NCBI GenBank assembly: GCA_040755855.1
Contig: JBFMAD010000005.1
Span: 128,001-192,000 of the forward strand
From: Planctomycetota bacterium
Lineage (GTDB): Bacteria; Planctomycetota; Brocadiia; JAADGH01
Direction of reading: 5' to 3'
DNA: 64,000 nt
Part shown: positions 1 through 9,277 of the stretch, piece after piece
How the letters are laid out: the number at the start of each line of letters is the position of its first letter
Position numbering within the stretch: the first letter of the stretch is position 1
Translations under genes and position numbers: made by a program
The notes under the pieces: model-generated
The model's input: only the letters and a program-made list of their open reading frames with translations
The model's database searches: none
What the model was told of the DNA's origin: nothing

Positions 1-243
1 CATGGCGGCCAGGTTGTAAACCTCGTCCGGGTCGGCCTCCCGGAGAATCTCCATGATGGACAACTGGTCGAAGAGGTCGGCCTGGCGGATCTCGATGCGA
101 TCTCGGATATGCTCGATCCGGTCCATCTTCTCCGTGCTCGATCGGCGCACCATGCCGAAGACCCGGTATCCCTTTTCAAGTAAAAATTCGGCCAGATACG
201 ATCCGTCCTGGCCGGTAATGCCGGTAATGACCGCTGTTTTCAT
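1..243 (-). CDS. gmd: GDP-mannose 4,6-dehydratase, 5' part (runs off window)
   Basis: Manual translation MKTAVITGITGQDGSYLAEFLLEKGY...PDEVYNLAAM, the hallmark Gmd N-terminus; not in the ORF track. Confidence 0.95.
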   Translation of the reverse strand, partial: MKTAVITGITGQDGSYLAEFLLEKGYRVFGMVRRSSTEKMDRIEHIRDRIEIRQADLFDQLSIMEILREADPDEVYNLAAM

Positions 244-336
244 GCGAGGTTCTTTCCTTTTGTTCTCTCTATATGACAACGCGTGAAGGACAGATGATAT
301 ACTGACTTGTCCTTCCGAATCCAGTTATTTTTCGCG

Positions 337-365
337 TTTACTTGGGGATGCTTGTGTGCTATATT
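337..365 (+). promoter_or_regulatory. Putative sigma70 promoter, TTTACT-N17-TATATT with extended -10 TG
   Basis: Consensus match upstream of the AGGAGG RBS (405-410) and ATG 416. Confidence 0.5.
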
Positions 366-415
366 CCCAATTCACGCTTATATACTTCCAAATCTTCCGA
401 CATCAGGAGGTGGAT

Positions 416-3400
416 ATGCAGGCGCGTATCTGCTCGGGTCTTCTTCTCGCAATTCTGATAGGATTGCCTCTGGCTGCGCAGGATAATCCCGTCACGAACG
501 GCGGATTTGAGGCCCTTGACGGTAATGGCTTTCCCGTGGATTGGGTCGCATACATTCCGAAAAACCTGATCGAGGGCGGGGAGGGTATTGTTGATATCAT
601 CAAGGACGCCCACAGCGGCAACCATGCCATCCGTTTGAAACTCGATGCGAAAAAGGGCGCGCTCGGCCTGAACCGGGTCGGCAAGCCAAAGGATGTCGAG
701 GGGCCGGGGAAGATGCTCATGCAGCTTAGGGGCGGCATCGGGTTCTACTACAAGGCCATCCGCTCGGAGGGGGCGCGGCTGAGTTTCTGCGTGATCCCGA
801 TGAAGGCCGATGGGATCGAGGGAGGGGGCAAGCGATCCACCTACGTGGTGCCGCCGGAACACATCGGCGATGGGGCGTGGCATCGGTGGGTACAGAAGTA
901 TGATTATACCGGGTGTGAGGATGTGAAATATATCCAGGTTTGCCCGCGCATCCATCTGACGGGGGGAGAGATTCTCTTTGACGATATTCGCTACGTCCCC
1001 CAGGTTGGCCCCTTGGCGATCCTCGGTGAAGGTCGGCTGCAGGAGATCGGCGGGCAGGAAGGCCGGAAATGCGTTGTGACGTGCACGGTGGAAAACGCGG
1101 GCGATGCTCGCGCCGAAAAGGTGACGTGCCGTCTGGAGGCGCCGAATTACCTGAAGCTCGTTCCCGGCGCGGAGCAGACCGTGCCGCGAATAGAGGCGGA
1201 CGGCAAGGAGGGCGTGAGTTGGATGGTGGAGGGGATTCGCTCCAAGGTGGACCAGATGGTTGTCACCGCTGAGATGACCGGCGGGGAGAAGCTGTCCCGG
1301 AAGATCGTTTTGCGGCCGGATCTTGTGATAGACAATGTGATTCCCGATCGGTTTATAGTTACGCTGGCCGATGAGTTCGGCATTGTGTGTCGGCTCGGGA
1401 ACAAGGGGACGGCGAATGCGCTTGGAGCAACGGTGAGCCTGCATCCTTCGGCGGAGATGCGTCTCGCCGAAGGCGAGGGCGCGGAGCGAGAGGTAGATGT
1501 TCCCGCCGGGGGTAGCGTGGAATTGCGATGGAAGATCAAGCCGCGAGTCGAGGGCCGTGATGGCGTCGCGCTGCTTCGAATGCAGTATGGGGGAGTAACG
1601 CATGAGGCAAACACATGCCGCGTCGTACTCGCACCATCTTACTTGCGGGACGAGTGCGATTCGCTGAGCAACGAACATATTCGCCTCAACTTCCCGCGGG
1701 CGTCGTTCGGCTACGGGGTGATTACTATTGAGGTATTTAACGGCCAGGAGTGGGTTGCCGCGGGCGCCATCCCCCGCCTGGGGCGGTGTGTCTGGTTGAG
1801 CGAGGCGGGGGAGAGGGGCGAACGGCCTATTTACGCCCCGGAGATTCAAAAGGGAATCAGCAATGTCGTCTTCAAAGACAAATTCAGCGACACCGACGGG
1901 CGGAACTGGTCGGCGGAGACCGTTTTCTCCATTTCGTCGGGAAAACGGTTTGTGAATGTTGAGTCCCGGCTGAAGTGCGATCGTGATGCAAAGCTCCTGT
2001 GCTTCGAAGGACCTATGGTCTATGCCGGAGAGGGCGCCTTCGGAGGTGTTAAATCGGACGCGCTGTTCCCCGGGCTGGAGTGGCTGGTTGGCGAAGAGGT
2101 CTCTTCCAGCCTGCTCGACGACCACACGCCCAATCATGTCCGATATGTGCCTCACCCGAACAAGATCACGATCCCCCTCATGGCCGTGCGAAAGAGCCAC
2201 ACGCTTCTTGGTGTGATGTGGAATCCGTTGAAGAAGTGGACGCGCCAAAGGGTCGTGGTCGGCGAGACGACCAAACCCGACGGCGCCAAGGCCCCCTTGA
2301 CGCAGGAGGGGGCGGATCGCCCCTGCGCGGTGTTCGCATCGCCAAATCAGTTCGAGGGCACGAGGAGCCACCTTATGGGGATTATGGTCCCGTCGGTTCC
2401 TACATGGATGGAAGAGAATGCGCGGGAGGCATCTGTTCCGTTCGCGCTTGCCAAAAACAGCCCCATTGAGATCGAGATGCAGATTATAGGGAGAGGCGAC
2501 GCGCAGGACTGCCTGTCCGCCGTGGACTGCTGGTTTGAGACAAACGGCGTGATCGCGCCGATGCCCATTCCGCGCGGGAACTACGAAAAGGAAATCGAAT
2601 TCAGCATGAGCGCCTACCTCGACACGCTCTGGATTCCTGAGAAGAAGATGTGGTGGAGCTCCATATGCCCCCATCCTCTTCTCCAGCGCGAGGTGAGATC
2701 GCCGCAATTCTGCATGGGCCTCTACATGGCGTCGCAATTGGCGCGAGATAAGGAGCTACGGTCGCAGTATCTGCTCCGCCTGCATGAAGTCCTCCCGCTT
2801 CTGGAGCGTAACTACGGCGTGGACCTGGCCTATCGCCTGGGGAACGTGGAGGCCATGCTGAAGGGCGCGGCGAGCCAGGTGGTGGGCATCGTTCAAGGCC
2901 AGGGGGAGCAGGGGGAGTGGCGCTTCAATGGCAATCGTATCGGTAAGGGTATATTTAAGGGGCGAGACTACGGCCTCCTCGGGCCGCACAATTCGGTGGA
3001 GGTAGGGACGTGCGCAGCAAATGCAAAGCGGCTGCTGCACTTTGCGCGGATGACCGGCGACGGGGCCGCCCTGGAGGCGGGTTTGAAGGCGTTGAAGTTC
3101 ATGGAGCGCTTTGATGTCCCGCGCGCTGCGCAGGTGTGGGAGGTGCCGGTGCATACGCCCGACGTCCTCGCCGCAGCGCTTGCCTCACATGCCTATCTGG
3201 AGGGCTATCGCATCACCGAGGAGAAGCATTACCTGGCGGAATCGGTTCGCTGGGCGCGGGCGGGGCTGCCGTTCATCTATTTTTGGAACGTGGAGGAGTT
3301 CCCCTTCATGCGCTATGCCTCGATCCCTGTCTTTGGCGCTACGTGGTATCAGGGGAGCTGGATCGGCCGCCCCGTGCAATGGAACGGTCTGGAATACGCC

Positions 3401-4414
3401 CATGCGCTATTCGATCTGGCGGAGCACGACGACAGCTTCCCCTGGCGGAAGGTCGCCGAGGGCATCACCATCAGCGCGCTCTACCAGCAATCCACGGACA
3501 AGGACAAGGACTACGCCCTCTGGCCCGACAGCATCAGCGCCATTGACGCAAAAAAGAGCGCGTGGGTTTTCGCGCCACATCAAATTTTGACGTGCATTTT
3601 CAAGATGCTCGGACGACCGTACGAGCCGACGACGGTAGTTGTGCAGAGCCCGAATGGTAGAATCCATATTACATCGTCAGCACGAGTTGACGCGGTGGAC
3701 TTTAACGGGGAGAAGCTTGCCTTTCGCCTATGCGCCGAAGACGCGGGGGCATACTACACAACCATCTCGCCCATCGCTCCGCCGACAAAGATCGTACGGG
3801 ATGGAGAGGTGTTGCCGTCTGGGGAAGCGGCAGATCAGGACGACGTGGATGGCTGCCGATACACTCCGTCACTGCACATGCTTGCCATTCGATGGTGGAG
3901 CCGAGGGATGAGCCAGATCGAGGTTCACGGCGTCAAGCCGGAACTCATGTCAATCCTCCCCAAGGTGTCTAAGGAAATCTCGTTCCAGTTTGACAACCAG
4001 GATGACGCTGAAGGGTGGCGCCCCGCCCACGACGTGGACGCCTTCCTGGTCAAGGGCGGCACGTTGCGGATGAAGATCACGGGACGTGATCCTTACATCA
4101 TTCGGGAGAACATGAAAGTCGAGCGCGTTCCCGACCGGCTTGTCGTCCGCATGAGAGCAACCAAAGGGAGCAGCGCGCAGGTGTTTTGGTGCACGAAGGA
4201 GTCTGAACCGTGGGGCGAGGACAAGTACATCGACTTCCCGATCCAGGGCGACGGCCAGTTCCACGACTATGAGATTGACCTGGCATCGCATGAAAAATGG
4301 AACGGGCAGCACATCACCGCCCTGCGCATTGACCCGCTTGCCGGCGACGGCTTCGAAGGCGCCGAGGTGGAGATAGACTTCATCAAAGGCAAAAATCAGC
4401 ATCCAAATCCATAG
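416..4414 (+). CDS. Large secreted multidomain protein: CBM-like N-terminus, Ig-like domains, alpha/alpha-toroid core, C-terminal CBM-like domain; putative carbohydrate-active enzyme
   Basis: AGGAGG then ATG 416; signal peptide LLLAILIGLPLAA-Q; NPVTNGGFE CBM4-like start; ENAG/GNKG Ig repeats; C-terminal W-G--ITALRIDP module. Confidence 0.7.
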   Translation: MQARICSGLLLAILIGLPLAAQDNPVTNGGFEALDGNGFPVDWVAYIPKNLIEGGEGIVDIIKDAHSGNHAIRLKLDAKKGALGLNRVGKPKDVEGPGKMLMQLRGGIGFYYKAIRSEGARLSFCVIPMKADGIEGGGKRSTYVVPPEHIGDGAWHRWVQKYDYTGCEDVKYIQVCPRIHLTGGEILFDDIRYVPQVGPLAILGEGRLQEIGGQEGRKCVVTCTVENAGDARAEKVTCRLEAPNYLKLVPGAEQTVPRIEADGKEGVSWMVEGIRSKVDQMVVTAEMTGGEKLSRKIVLRPDLVIDNVIPDRFIVTLADEFGIVCRLGNKGTANALGATVSLHPSAEMRLAEGEGAEREVDVPAGGSVELRWKIKPRVEGRDGVALLRMQYGGVTHEANTCRVVLAPSYLRDECDSLSNEHIRLNFPRASFGYGVITIEVFNGQEWVAAGAIPRLGRCVWLSEAGERGERPIYAPEIQKGISNVVFKDKFSDTDGRNWSAETVFSISSGKRFVNVESRLKCDRDAKLLCFEGPMVYAGEGAFGGVKSDALFPGLEWLVGEEVSSSLLDDHTPNHVRYVPHPNKITIPLMAVRKSHTLLGVMWNPLKKWTRQRVVVGETTKPDGAKAPLTQEGADRPCAVFASPNQFEGTRSHLMGIMVPSVPTWMEENAREASVPFALAKNSPIEIEMQIIGRGDAQDCLSAVDCWFETNGVIAPMPIPRGNYEKEIEFSMSAYLDTLWIPEKKMWWSSICPHPLLQREVRSPQFCMGLYMASQLARDKELRSQYLLRLHEVLPLLERNYGVDLAYRLGNVEAMLKGAASQVVGIVQGQGEQGEWRFNGNRIGKGIFKGRDYGLLGPHNSVEVGTCAANAKRLLHFARMTGDGAALEAGLKALKFMERFDVPRAAQVWEVPVHTPDVLAAALASHAYLEGYRITEEKHYLAESVRWARAGLPFIYFWNVEEFPFMRYASIPVFGATWYQGSWIGRPVQWNGLEYAHALFDLAEHDDSFPWRKVAEGITISALYQQSTDKDKDYALWPDSISAIDAKKSAWVFAPHQILTCIFKMLGRPYEPTTVVVQSPNGRIHITSSARVDAVDFNGEKLAFRLCAEDAGAYYTTISPIAPPTKIVRDGEVLPSGEAADQDDVDGCRYTPSLHMLAIRWWSRGMSQIEVHGVKPELMSILPKVSKEISFQFDNQDDAEGWRPAHDVDAFLVKGGTLRMKITGRDPYIIRENMKVERVPDRLVVRMRATKGSSAQVFWCTKESEPWGEDKYIDFPIQGDGQFHDYEIDLASHEKWNGQHITALRIDPLAGDGFEGAEVEIDFIKGKNQHPNP

Positions 4415-4442
4415 CTTCAAGACGAAGCAGGAGGGAAATAGC

Positions 4443-4964
4443 ATGAAGCGTCTGGTGCTGATCGTGCCGTTGCTGTGTCTTGCAGCCGATGGGCCGGAGA
4501 TCGAGGGATGGAAGGTCTTCAATGGCAAATGGACCGGAACGACAAAAGACCTTCATTCATCCACCGGCACGATCGTTTGGGGGCAGGAGGCAAAGAAGTC
4601 CATCGAGTTTAGCTTCAAACTCCGGATTGCGAATTTTGGTTCCGAGGGGAAGGGCGTCGTCGCGCTTTTCTGGGGATGGCCCTCTGATGACCGGATAAAC
4701 AGCGAACGAAATAGTCTGCTGGTTTATCCACACAAAGTTTTCTTCTGCGATAGCCGACAGCCCTCTGGGATGCAGAAATTTGACTATGATTGGTCGCTCG
4801 ACAAGACAATACAAATCAAGGGCAAGATTCTTCCCAAGTCTGGGCAAATAATGGTGGGGACAAACAAACTCGTGTGCAACAAACTCAACGGCCTTGGGCC
4901 GTTCGCGTTGCATGTGAATGGCGCTGAAGCCTACTTTTCAGATATTGTTGTGAAAACGCGATAG
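4443..4964 (+). CDS. Secreted hypothetical protein, concanavalin/DUF1080-like beta-sandwich
   Basis: GGAGG RBS; signal peptide; GWKVFNGKW start and G-FALHV---AYFSDIVVK end. Confidence 0.55.
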   Translation: MKRLVLIVPLLCLAADGPEIEGWKVFNGKWTGTTKDLHSSTGTIVWGQEAKKSIEFSFKLRIANFGSEGKGVVALFWGWPSDDRINSERNSLLVYPHKVFFCDSRQPSGMQKFDYDWSLDKTIQIKGKILPKSGQIMVGTNKLVCNKLNGLGPFALHVNGAEAYFSDIVVKTR

Positions 4965-5012
4965 ACGGCAATAGCGATCCATAAATGAGAAGTTGCTACA
5001 TTCTGTGCTTGT

Positions 5013-6107
5013 TCATCTCCTGACTCGGCCCGATGCCTGCCCCGCGACGAGCGAGGTGACTTCACCGAGGGTGACATAGTTGAAGTCGCCCTTGATCGAG
5101 TGTTTCAGGCAACTGGCCGCTACGGCAAAGAGAATGGCCCTCTCCGGCAAGGCGTAGTCCTTGCTGTTAAGGGCGTATATCAGCCCCGCACCGAACGAAT
5201 CCCCGCCGCCGACGCGATCCACGATGTCGCGGATCTCATAGGGAGAGTACCCCCCGTCCTCATCGAGGGGAGCAAAGAACGCCTGATCCGCCTTGACATC
5301 GAACAGCATTCCACCCCAATTGTTGTGACTGGCGGAGATACTCTCGCGCAGCGTGATGGCCACGCGGGAGATGTTCGGGAACTGTTTGACGATCGTGCGG
5401 GCTACCTGTTCATAGGCCGCGGCGTTGATCCGGCCCGATTCCACGGATGTGCCTTCGGCATGGATGCCGAGGACGTCGGCGGCGTCCTCCTCGTTGGCGA
5501 TCACAAGATCAATGTACGGAAGGACTTGCGACATGCACTCCCGCGCCAACTCGTTTGCGGAGCGTCCGGCCTTCCACCGCCACAGCTTCTTGCGGAAGTT
5601 CAGGTCGCACGAGACCGACGCGTTGTGTTCCTTTGCCTTCTTCACGAGGGCGAGGGTGGAGAGGAAGGCGTTCTCGCTGAGGGAGGGCGTGATGCCGGTC
5701 ACATGGACCCAGTGAACCCCATCGAGCGCCTTGTCGAAGCCGTACTCATCTGGCGCGGCAAGGGAGATTGCGCTGCCCGCGCGGTCGTAGATCACGTTCG
5801 AGCTGCGCTGGTTCGCCCCCGTCTCGAGGAAGTAGATGCCGAGGCGGCCTTCCTTTCGGAGAAGGACGTGCCGGGTGGCAATGCCCAGCCCGTTTAGGTT
5901 TGCCAACAGACTCTGGGTAATGGCATTATCGGGCAGGGCGGTGACGTAGCGGGTTCCGTACCCGAACAGGGCCAGCGAGGCGCAGACGTTCGCCTCGCCG
6001 CCGGCGAACATGACATCCACCTTGCCTGGCAGACATTGACGAAAACGAAGGAAGCCGTCCGGAGTGATACGCATCATAATCTCGCCGAAGGTAAGGTACA
6101 TGTCCAT
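5013..6107 (-). CDS. kdgK: PfkB-family sugar kinase, 2-dehydro-3-deoxygluconokinase-like
   Basis: FGEIMMR, GGEANV, DLNFRKKLW, DRVGGGDSFGAG, KHSIKGD motifs. Confidence 0.85.
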   Translation of the reverse strand: MDMYLTFGEIMMRITPDGFLRFRQCLPGKVDVMFAGGEANVCASLALFGYGTRYVTALPDNAITQSLLANLNGLGIATRHVLLRKEGRLGIYFLETGANQRSSNVIYDRAGSAISLAAPDEYGFDKALDGVHWVHVTGITPSLSENAFLSTLALVKKAKEHNASVSCDLNFRKKLWRWKAGRSANELARECMSQVLPYIDLVIANEEDAADVLGIHAEGTSVESGRINAAAYEQVARTIVKQFPNISRVAITLRESISASHNNWGGMLFDVKADQAFFAPLDEDGGYSPYEIRDIVDRVGGGDSFGAGLIYALNSKDYALPERAILFAVAASCLKHSIKGDFNYVTLGEVTSLVAGQASGRVRR

Positions 6108-6199
6108 CTCCTTTCTCGCTTTTGTGGTTGGACCATTGGATTGTTGCTGCGGTTATAGTCGGGCAGTTCCGATTTGTCAAGCGTCCGACGATCTGGATT

Positions 6200-7315
6200 T
6201 CAGAGCAGCCGATCCTGCGCGGCGCGCCAGGCAGCCATCGCTTCGGGCGCATCGTGGGGATCGTTGACGTAGGTGTTGAACACCATGCCCTTCTTTGGTC
6301 TGCCCTTCAACGGGAGAAGCGCGCGGCGGAAGTAATCATCGAGCGGCTCCCCCGGCTTGCGCGGGAGCGAATACAGCATGGACTTCCCGTGGGCGACGAC
6401 ATCCCGGAGCAGCGCCTCGCGGTCGTAGAGATCGAGCTGGCCAAAAAGGAAGCCGCGTAACTCTTTGACCTCATAATAGTTAGGGATCAGATGGCTCCCC
6501 TGACCGCAGAAGTGCACCCAGCCCCCGCCGAATTCCGCGAGCGCCTTCCGGGTGTACGGGATCACAAATTCCCGGTGCATCTTTGGCGACAACATGACTG
6601 CGCAGTCCTCGCATAACATCGCCCCGCCCCGCGTCATGTAGAGGCCGTGAGCATATGTCCCCTCCTCAGTCGGCTCGCCGCACTCCCGCTTCAGGAGGCG
6701 TGTCGCGCGGATGAACAGATCGGTGGTCTTTTCGAGGAGACCGTGCACGAATCGCGGATTGTCGTGCATGTCCGTCATGATCTCTTCGCCGCGTGCCATG
6801 AACGCAATGTCAATGGGGCTTAGCATAAAGTAGAGTCCCACGGGAATGCGATCTCGCAGGACCTCCCGCGCCCTTCGCACAAAGGCAATCGCCTGCGGGA
6901 TCAAGCCCGCGCTCGATAGGTCGCGCGGGATTTCAACCTTGGAAATCTCGTCTTTGCTCAGATGTCGCTTGATCCACGGCGGGCGATCCGCGAAGACCTT
7001 CTGCTCGACGCCGAAAACCGAGGGAAGAAAACCGATCCCAAAGCGTGGCGAGACGCTCGGGATTCCATCGCTGCGTGTGCGGCACAGCATGATCACGCCC
7101 CGCAGTTGCTCATGCAACATCTTGTCGAGATCGGCTAATTGCTCGTCATAGTCGAACAGGAGGGGCCGGTTGAAATCCGTTTTGCTTGGCACTTCCGGTA
7201 CCGGGGTGCTCAGGATGAGCGGCAGATAATCGCTCCCCTTCGGTGAGGCGAAGCGCCGGAACCGTTTTCGGGCCTGTTCCAAGACCGCGGCATCCGGCTG
7301 AACCAGACTAATCAA
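6200..7315 (-). CDS. Uroporphyrinogen decarboxylase / MtaA-CmuA-like TIM-barrel protein
   Basis: SPIDIAFMARGEEIMTDMHDNP, ED-AVMLSPKMHREFVIPY, WVHFCG; probable TTG start overlapping the upstream TGA. Confidence 0.7.
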   Translation of the reverse strand: MISLVQPDAAVLEQARKRFRRFASPKGSDYLPLILSTPVPEVPSKTDFNRPLLFDYDEQLADLDKMLHEQLRGVIMLCRTRSDGIPSVSPRFGIGFLPSVFGVEQKVFADRPPWIKRHLSKDEISKVEIPRDLSSAGLIPQAIAFVRRAREVLRDRIPVGLYFMLSPIDIAFMARGEEIMTDMHDNPRFVHGLLEKTTDLFIRATRLLKRECGEPTEEGTYAHGLYMTRGGAMLCEDCAVMLSPKMHREFVIPYTRKALAEFGGGWVHFCGQGSHLIPNYYEVKELRGFLFGQLDLYDREALLRDVVAHGKSMLYSLPRKPGEPLDDYFRRALLPLKGRPKKGMVFNTYVNDPHDAPEAMAAWRAAQDRLL

Positions 7316-9255
7316 CGCACCGGCATCCACACCGTCATCTCCGACACCCCGCGATTCGACCATGCATAGTAAGGGATCAATCGGATTAAGATATCCTCCG
7401 CTAACTCTTCAGAGAGTGGGCGGTAGAGCTTGCCGGTCCAATCGCCTTCCTTGACGCGCTTGGCTTTCCCTTCGAGCACCGTCACGCCCCCGAGGAGGTC
7501 TTTCTCGTGCCTCGCCCGCAGATTGATCTTCCGCGGAATCCGAATCTCCGAGACCTTGACCCCCTCCGGCAGGTCCGGCGATTCCAGACAATACACGATC
7601 GGTCCCCGCATGACGGCGACATGATTTCGCGCCTCCTCCACCCTCGGATGCGCCTCGATGAGCCGCACGTCCATCGGAAGCGCTAACTCGATCCTGTCCC
7701 CCTTCGACCAGTTGCGCTCGATCTTCGCGTATGTTCCCGGCTGGGCAGCGACGGATATCGCCTCCCCGTTGACCTTGATCATTGCCCCCTCCGCCCAGTC
7801 CGGAATCCGCAGCATGATGGCGCAGCTCCCGGTCGGCGCCCGATCAATCCTTATCCTCACCTTGCCCTCCCACGGATACCGCGTCGTCTGCGTGAGCCTG
7901 ATCCGCTCGCAGTCGCGCACGCTCCCGCCGTAGTGATTCACCCACACCCCCTCGTCCGAGATGTTGTAGAGGTAACCGTGCATTTCCGCAACGGTGCGCA
8001 GCAGATTGGACGGGCAGCAGATGTGGTTGCGACCCGGCTGGAAACGCTGGTACGCGTCGGCGGAGAGAAGGGGATGATCCTTCCCATGCCATCTAAGGAT
8101 GTTTGTGTAAAACCAGCTCGCCCCATCGAGGCCGATGCCCGAAAGGATACTGTTGTAAGTCAACCGCTCCATGACGTCGGCGAAGCGCGCCTCGCCGGTA
8201 ATGGCCAGCATCCGCCAGTTCCACATCAGGCACCCGATCTGCGCGCACGTCTCGTTGTAGGCCGTGGCGTTCGGCAGGTGATAGGGCGGACCCACGGCCT
8301 CGTGCACATCATCCGCGGTCCAGACAACGCCCTTGCGAACCGAAAGCCCTCGATGAAGCGCGCAGCAGCCGCCTTGAACATACATCTTCTTCTCGACCAG
8401 ATCATGCCAGAGTCGTTCTAGAGCGTCGAGGAGCGAGCGATCCCCGGTCTCCATGTAGGCGTCCGCCGCCCCCGCGTAGAAGTAACTCCAAAACACCGAA
8501 TGTCCCACGACCTCGGTCTCCTTGCGCAGTGGGACGCGGCTTTGCCGCAGATCGGTGCCGCCCGGCGCCGCCCCGTGCATGTCTATGAAAATGTTGGCGA
8601 GGTCGAGGTACTTGCGCTCCCCCGTGGTGCGATACAGCTCGACCAATCCCATGATCTGCGAGACATTGTTCTGGATGTGTACCAGCGATGGATCGCGATC
8701 CTTGAAGGTGACATGGAGATGGTCCGCCGCCTTCCGTGCGACTTCCAGAAGGGCCGGCTTTCCCGTGATGCGGTGATGGAGACATGCCGCGGTGAGCAGA
8801 TGTCCCATGACGTACAGTTCATGGTGTTGCGGGTTCTGGTATCGCTTCCAGCCGCGCACCGTGATCTGCGTGGCGATGTAGCCGTCCGGCTGCTGCGCCT
8901 TGCCGATGATGTCAATGACCTCGTCCATCTGGCGGTCGAGGGCCTTGTCGCCGGTCATGCCGTAGATCGCCGATGCCGCCTCGAGCCACTTGTATATCCA
9001 TTCATCCTGCCAATGCGTGCCGACGAACTCGCCCTTCTCCAGCCCGGCGGCGATGCGGAGGTTGGTCAGGGCGTGGCCCGTGTTCGGATCGGCGGCGAGT
9101 TTGAAGAGATGCGGCAGCGTGACCTCGTTGCACCTCTTGAATTGCTCCGCCCAGAATCCATCCGTCCAGCGAACCGCGCCTATGTCCGCGTTCCTCAGCG
9201 TGCAATGCGGGCTGGCGTCGTTCTTGATGATGCCGTAGGTCCGGATAGCGGCCAT
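7312..9255 (-). CDS. Glycoside hydrolase family 127 (beta-L-arabinofuranosidase-like)
   Basis: YKWLEA, HELY, GHSV, HEAVG, YNETCA and CCPSN catalytic/Zn motifs; IPYYAWSNRG; GAGGAGG RBS. Confidence 0.9.
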   Translation of the reverse strand: MAAIRTYGIIKNDASPHCTLRNADIGAVRWTDGFWAEQFKRCNEVTLPHLFKLAADPNTGHALTNLRIAAGLEKGEFVGTHWQDEWIYKWLEAASAIYGMTGDKALDRQMDEVIDIIGKAQQPDGYIATQITVRGWKRYQNPQHHELYVMGHLLTAACLHHRITGKPALLEVARKAADHLHVTFKDRDPSLVHIQNNVSQIMGLVELYRTTGERKYLDLANIFIDMHGAAPGGTDLRQSRVPLRKETEVVGHSVFWSYFYAGAADAYMETGDRSLLDALERLWHDLVEKKMYVQGGCCALHRGLSVRKGVVWTADDVHEAVGPPYHLPNATAYNETCAQIGCLMWNWRMLAITGEARFADVMERLTYNSILSGIGLDGASWFYTNILRWHGKDHPLLSADAYQRFQPGRNHICCPSNLLRTVAEMHGYLYNISDEGVWVNHYGGSVRDCERIRLTQTTRYPWEGKVRIRIDRAPTGSCAIMLRIPDWAEGAMIKVNGEAISVAAQPGTYAKIERNWSKGDRIELALPMDVRLIEAHPRVEEARNHVAVMRGPIVYCLESPDLPEGVKVSEIRIPRKINLRARHEKDLLGGVTVLEGKAKRVKEGDWTGKLYRPLSEELAEDILIRLIPYYAWSNRGVSEMTVWMPVR

Positions 9256-9277
9256 GTTCGTTCCTCCTCTCAAGTAT

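Noticed and set aside
359..2737. 792-aa minus-strand ORF and other long antisense ORFs (e.g. 33424-35139, 38197-39903, 41942-43573, 47527-49575)
   Set aside because: Shadow frames of real GC-rich genes, with no motifs and unnatural composition
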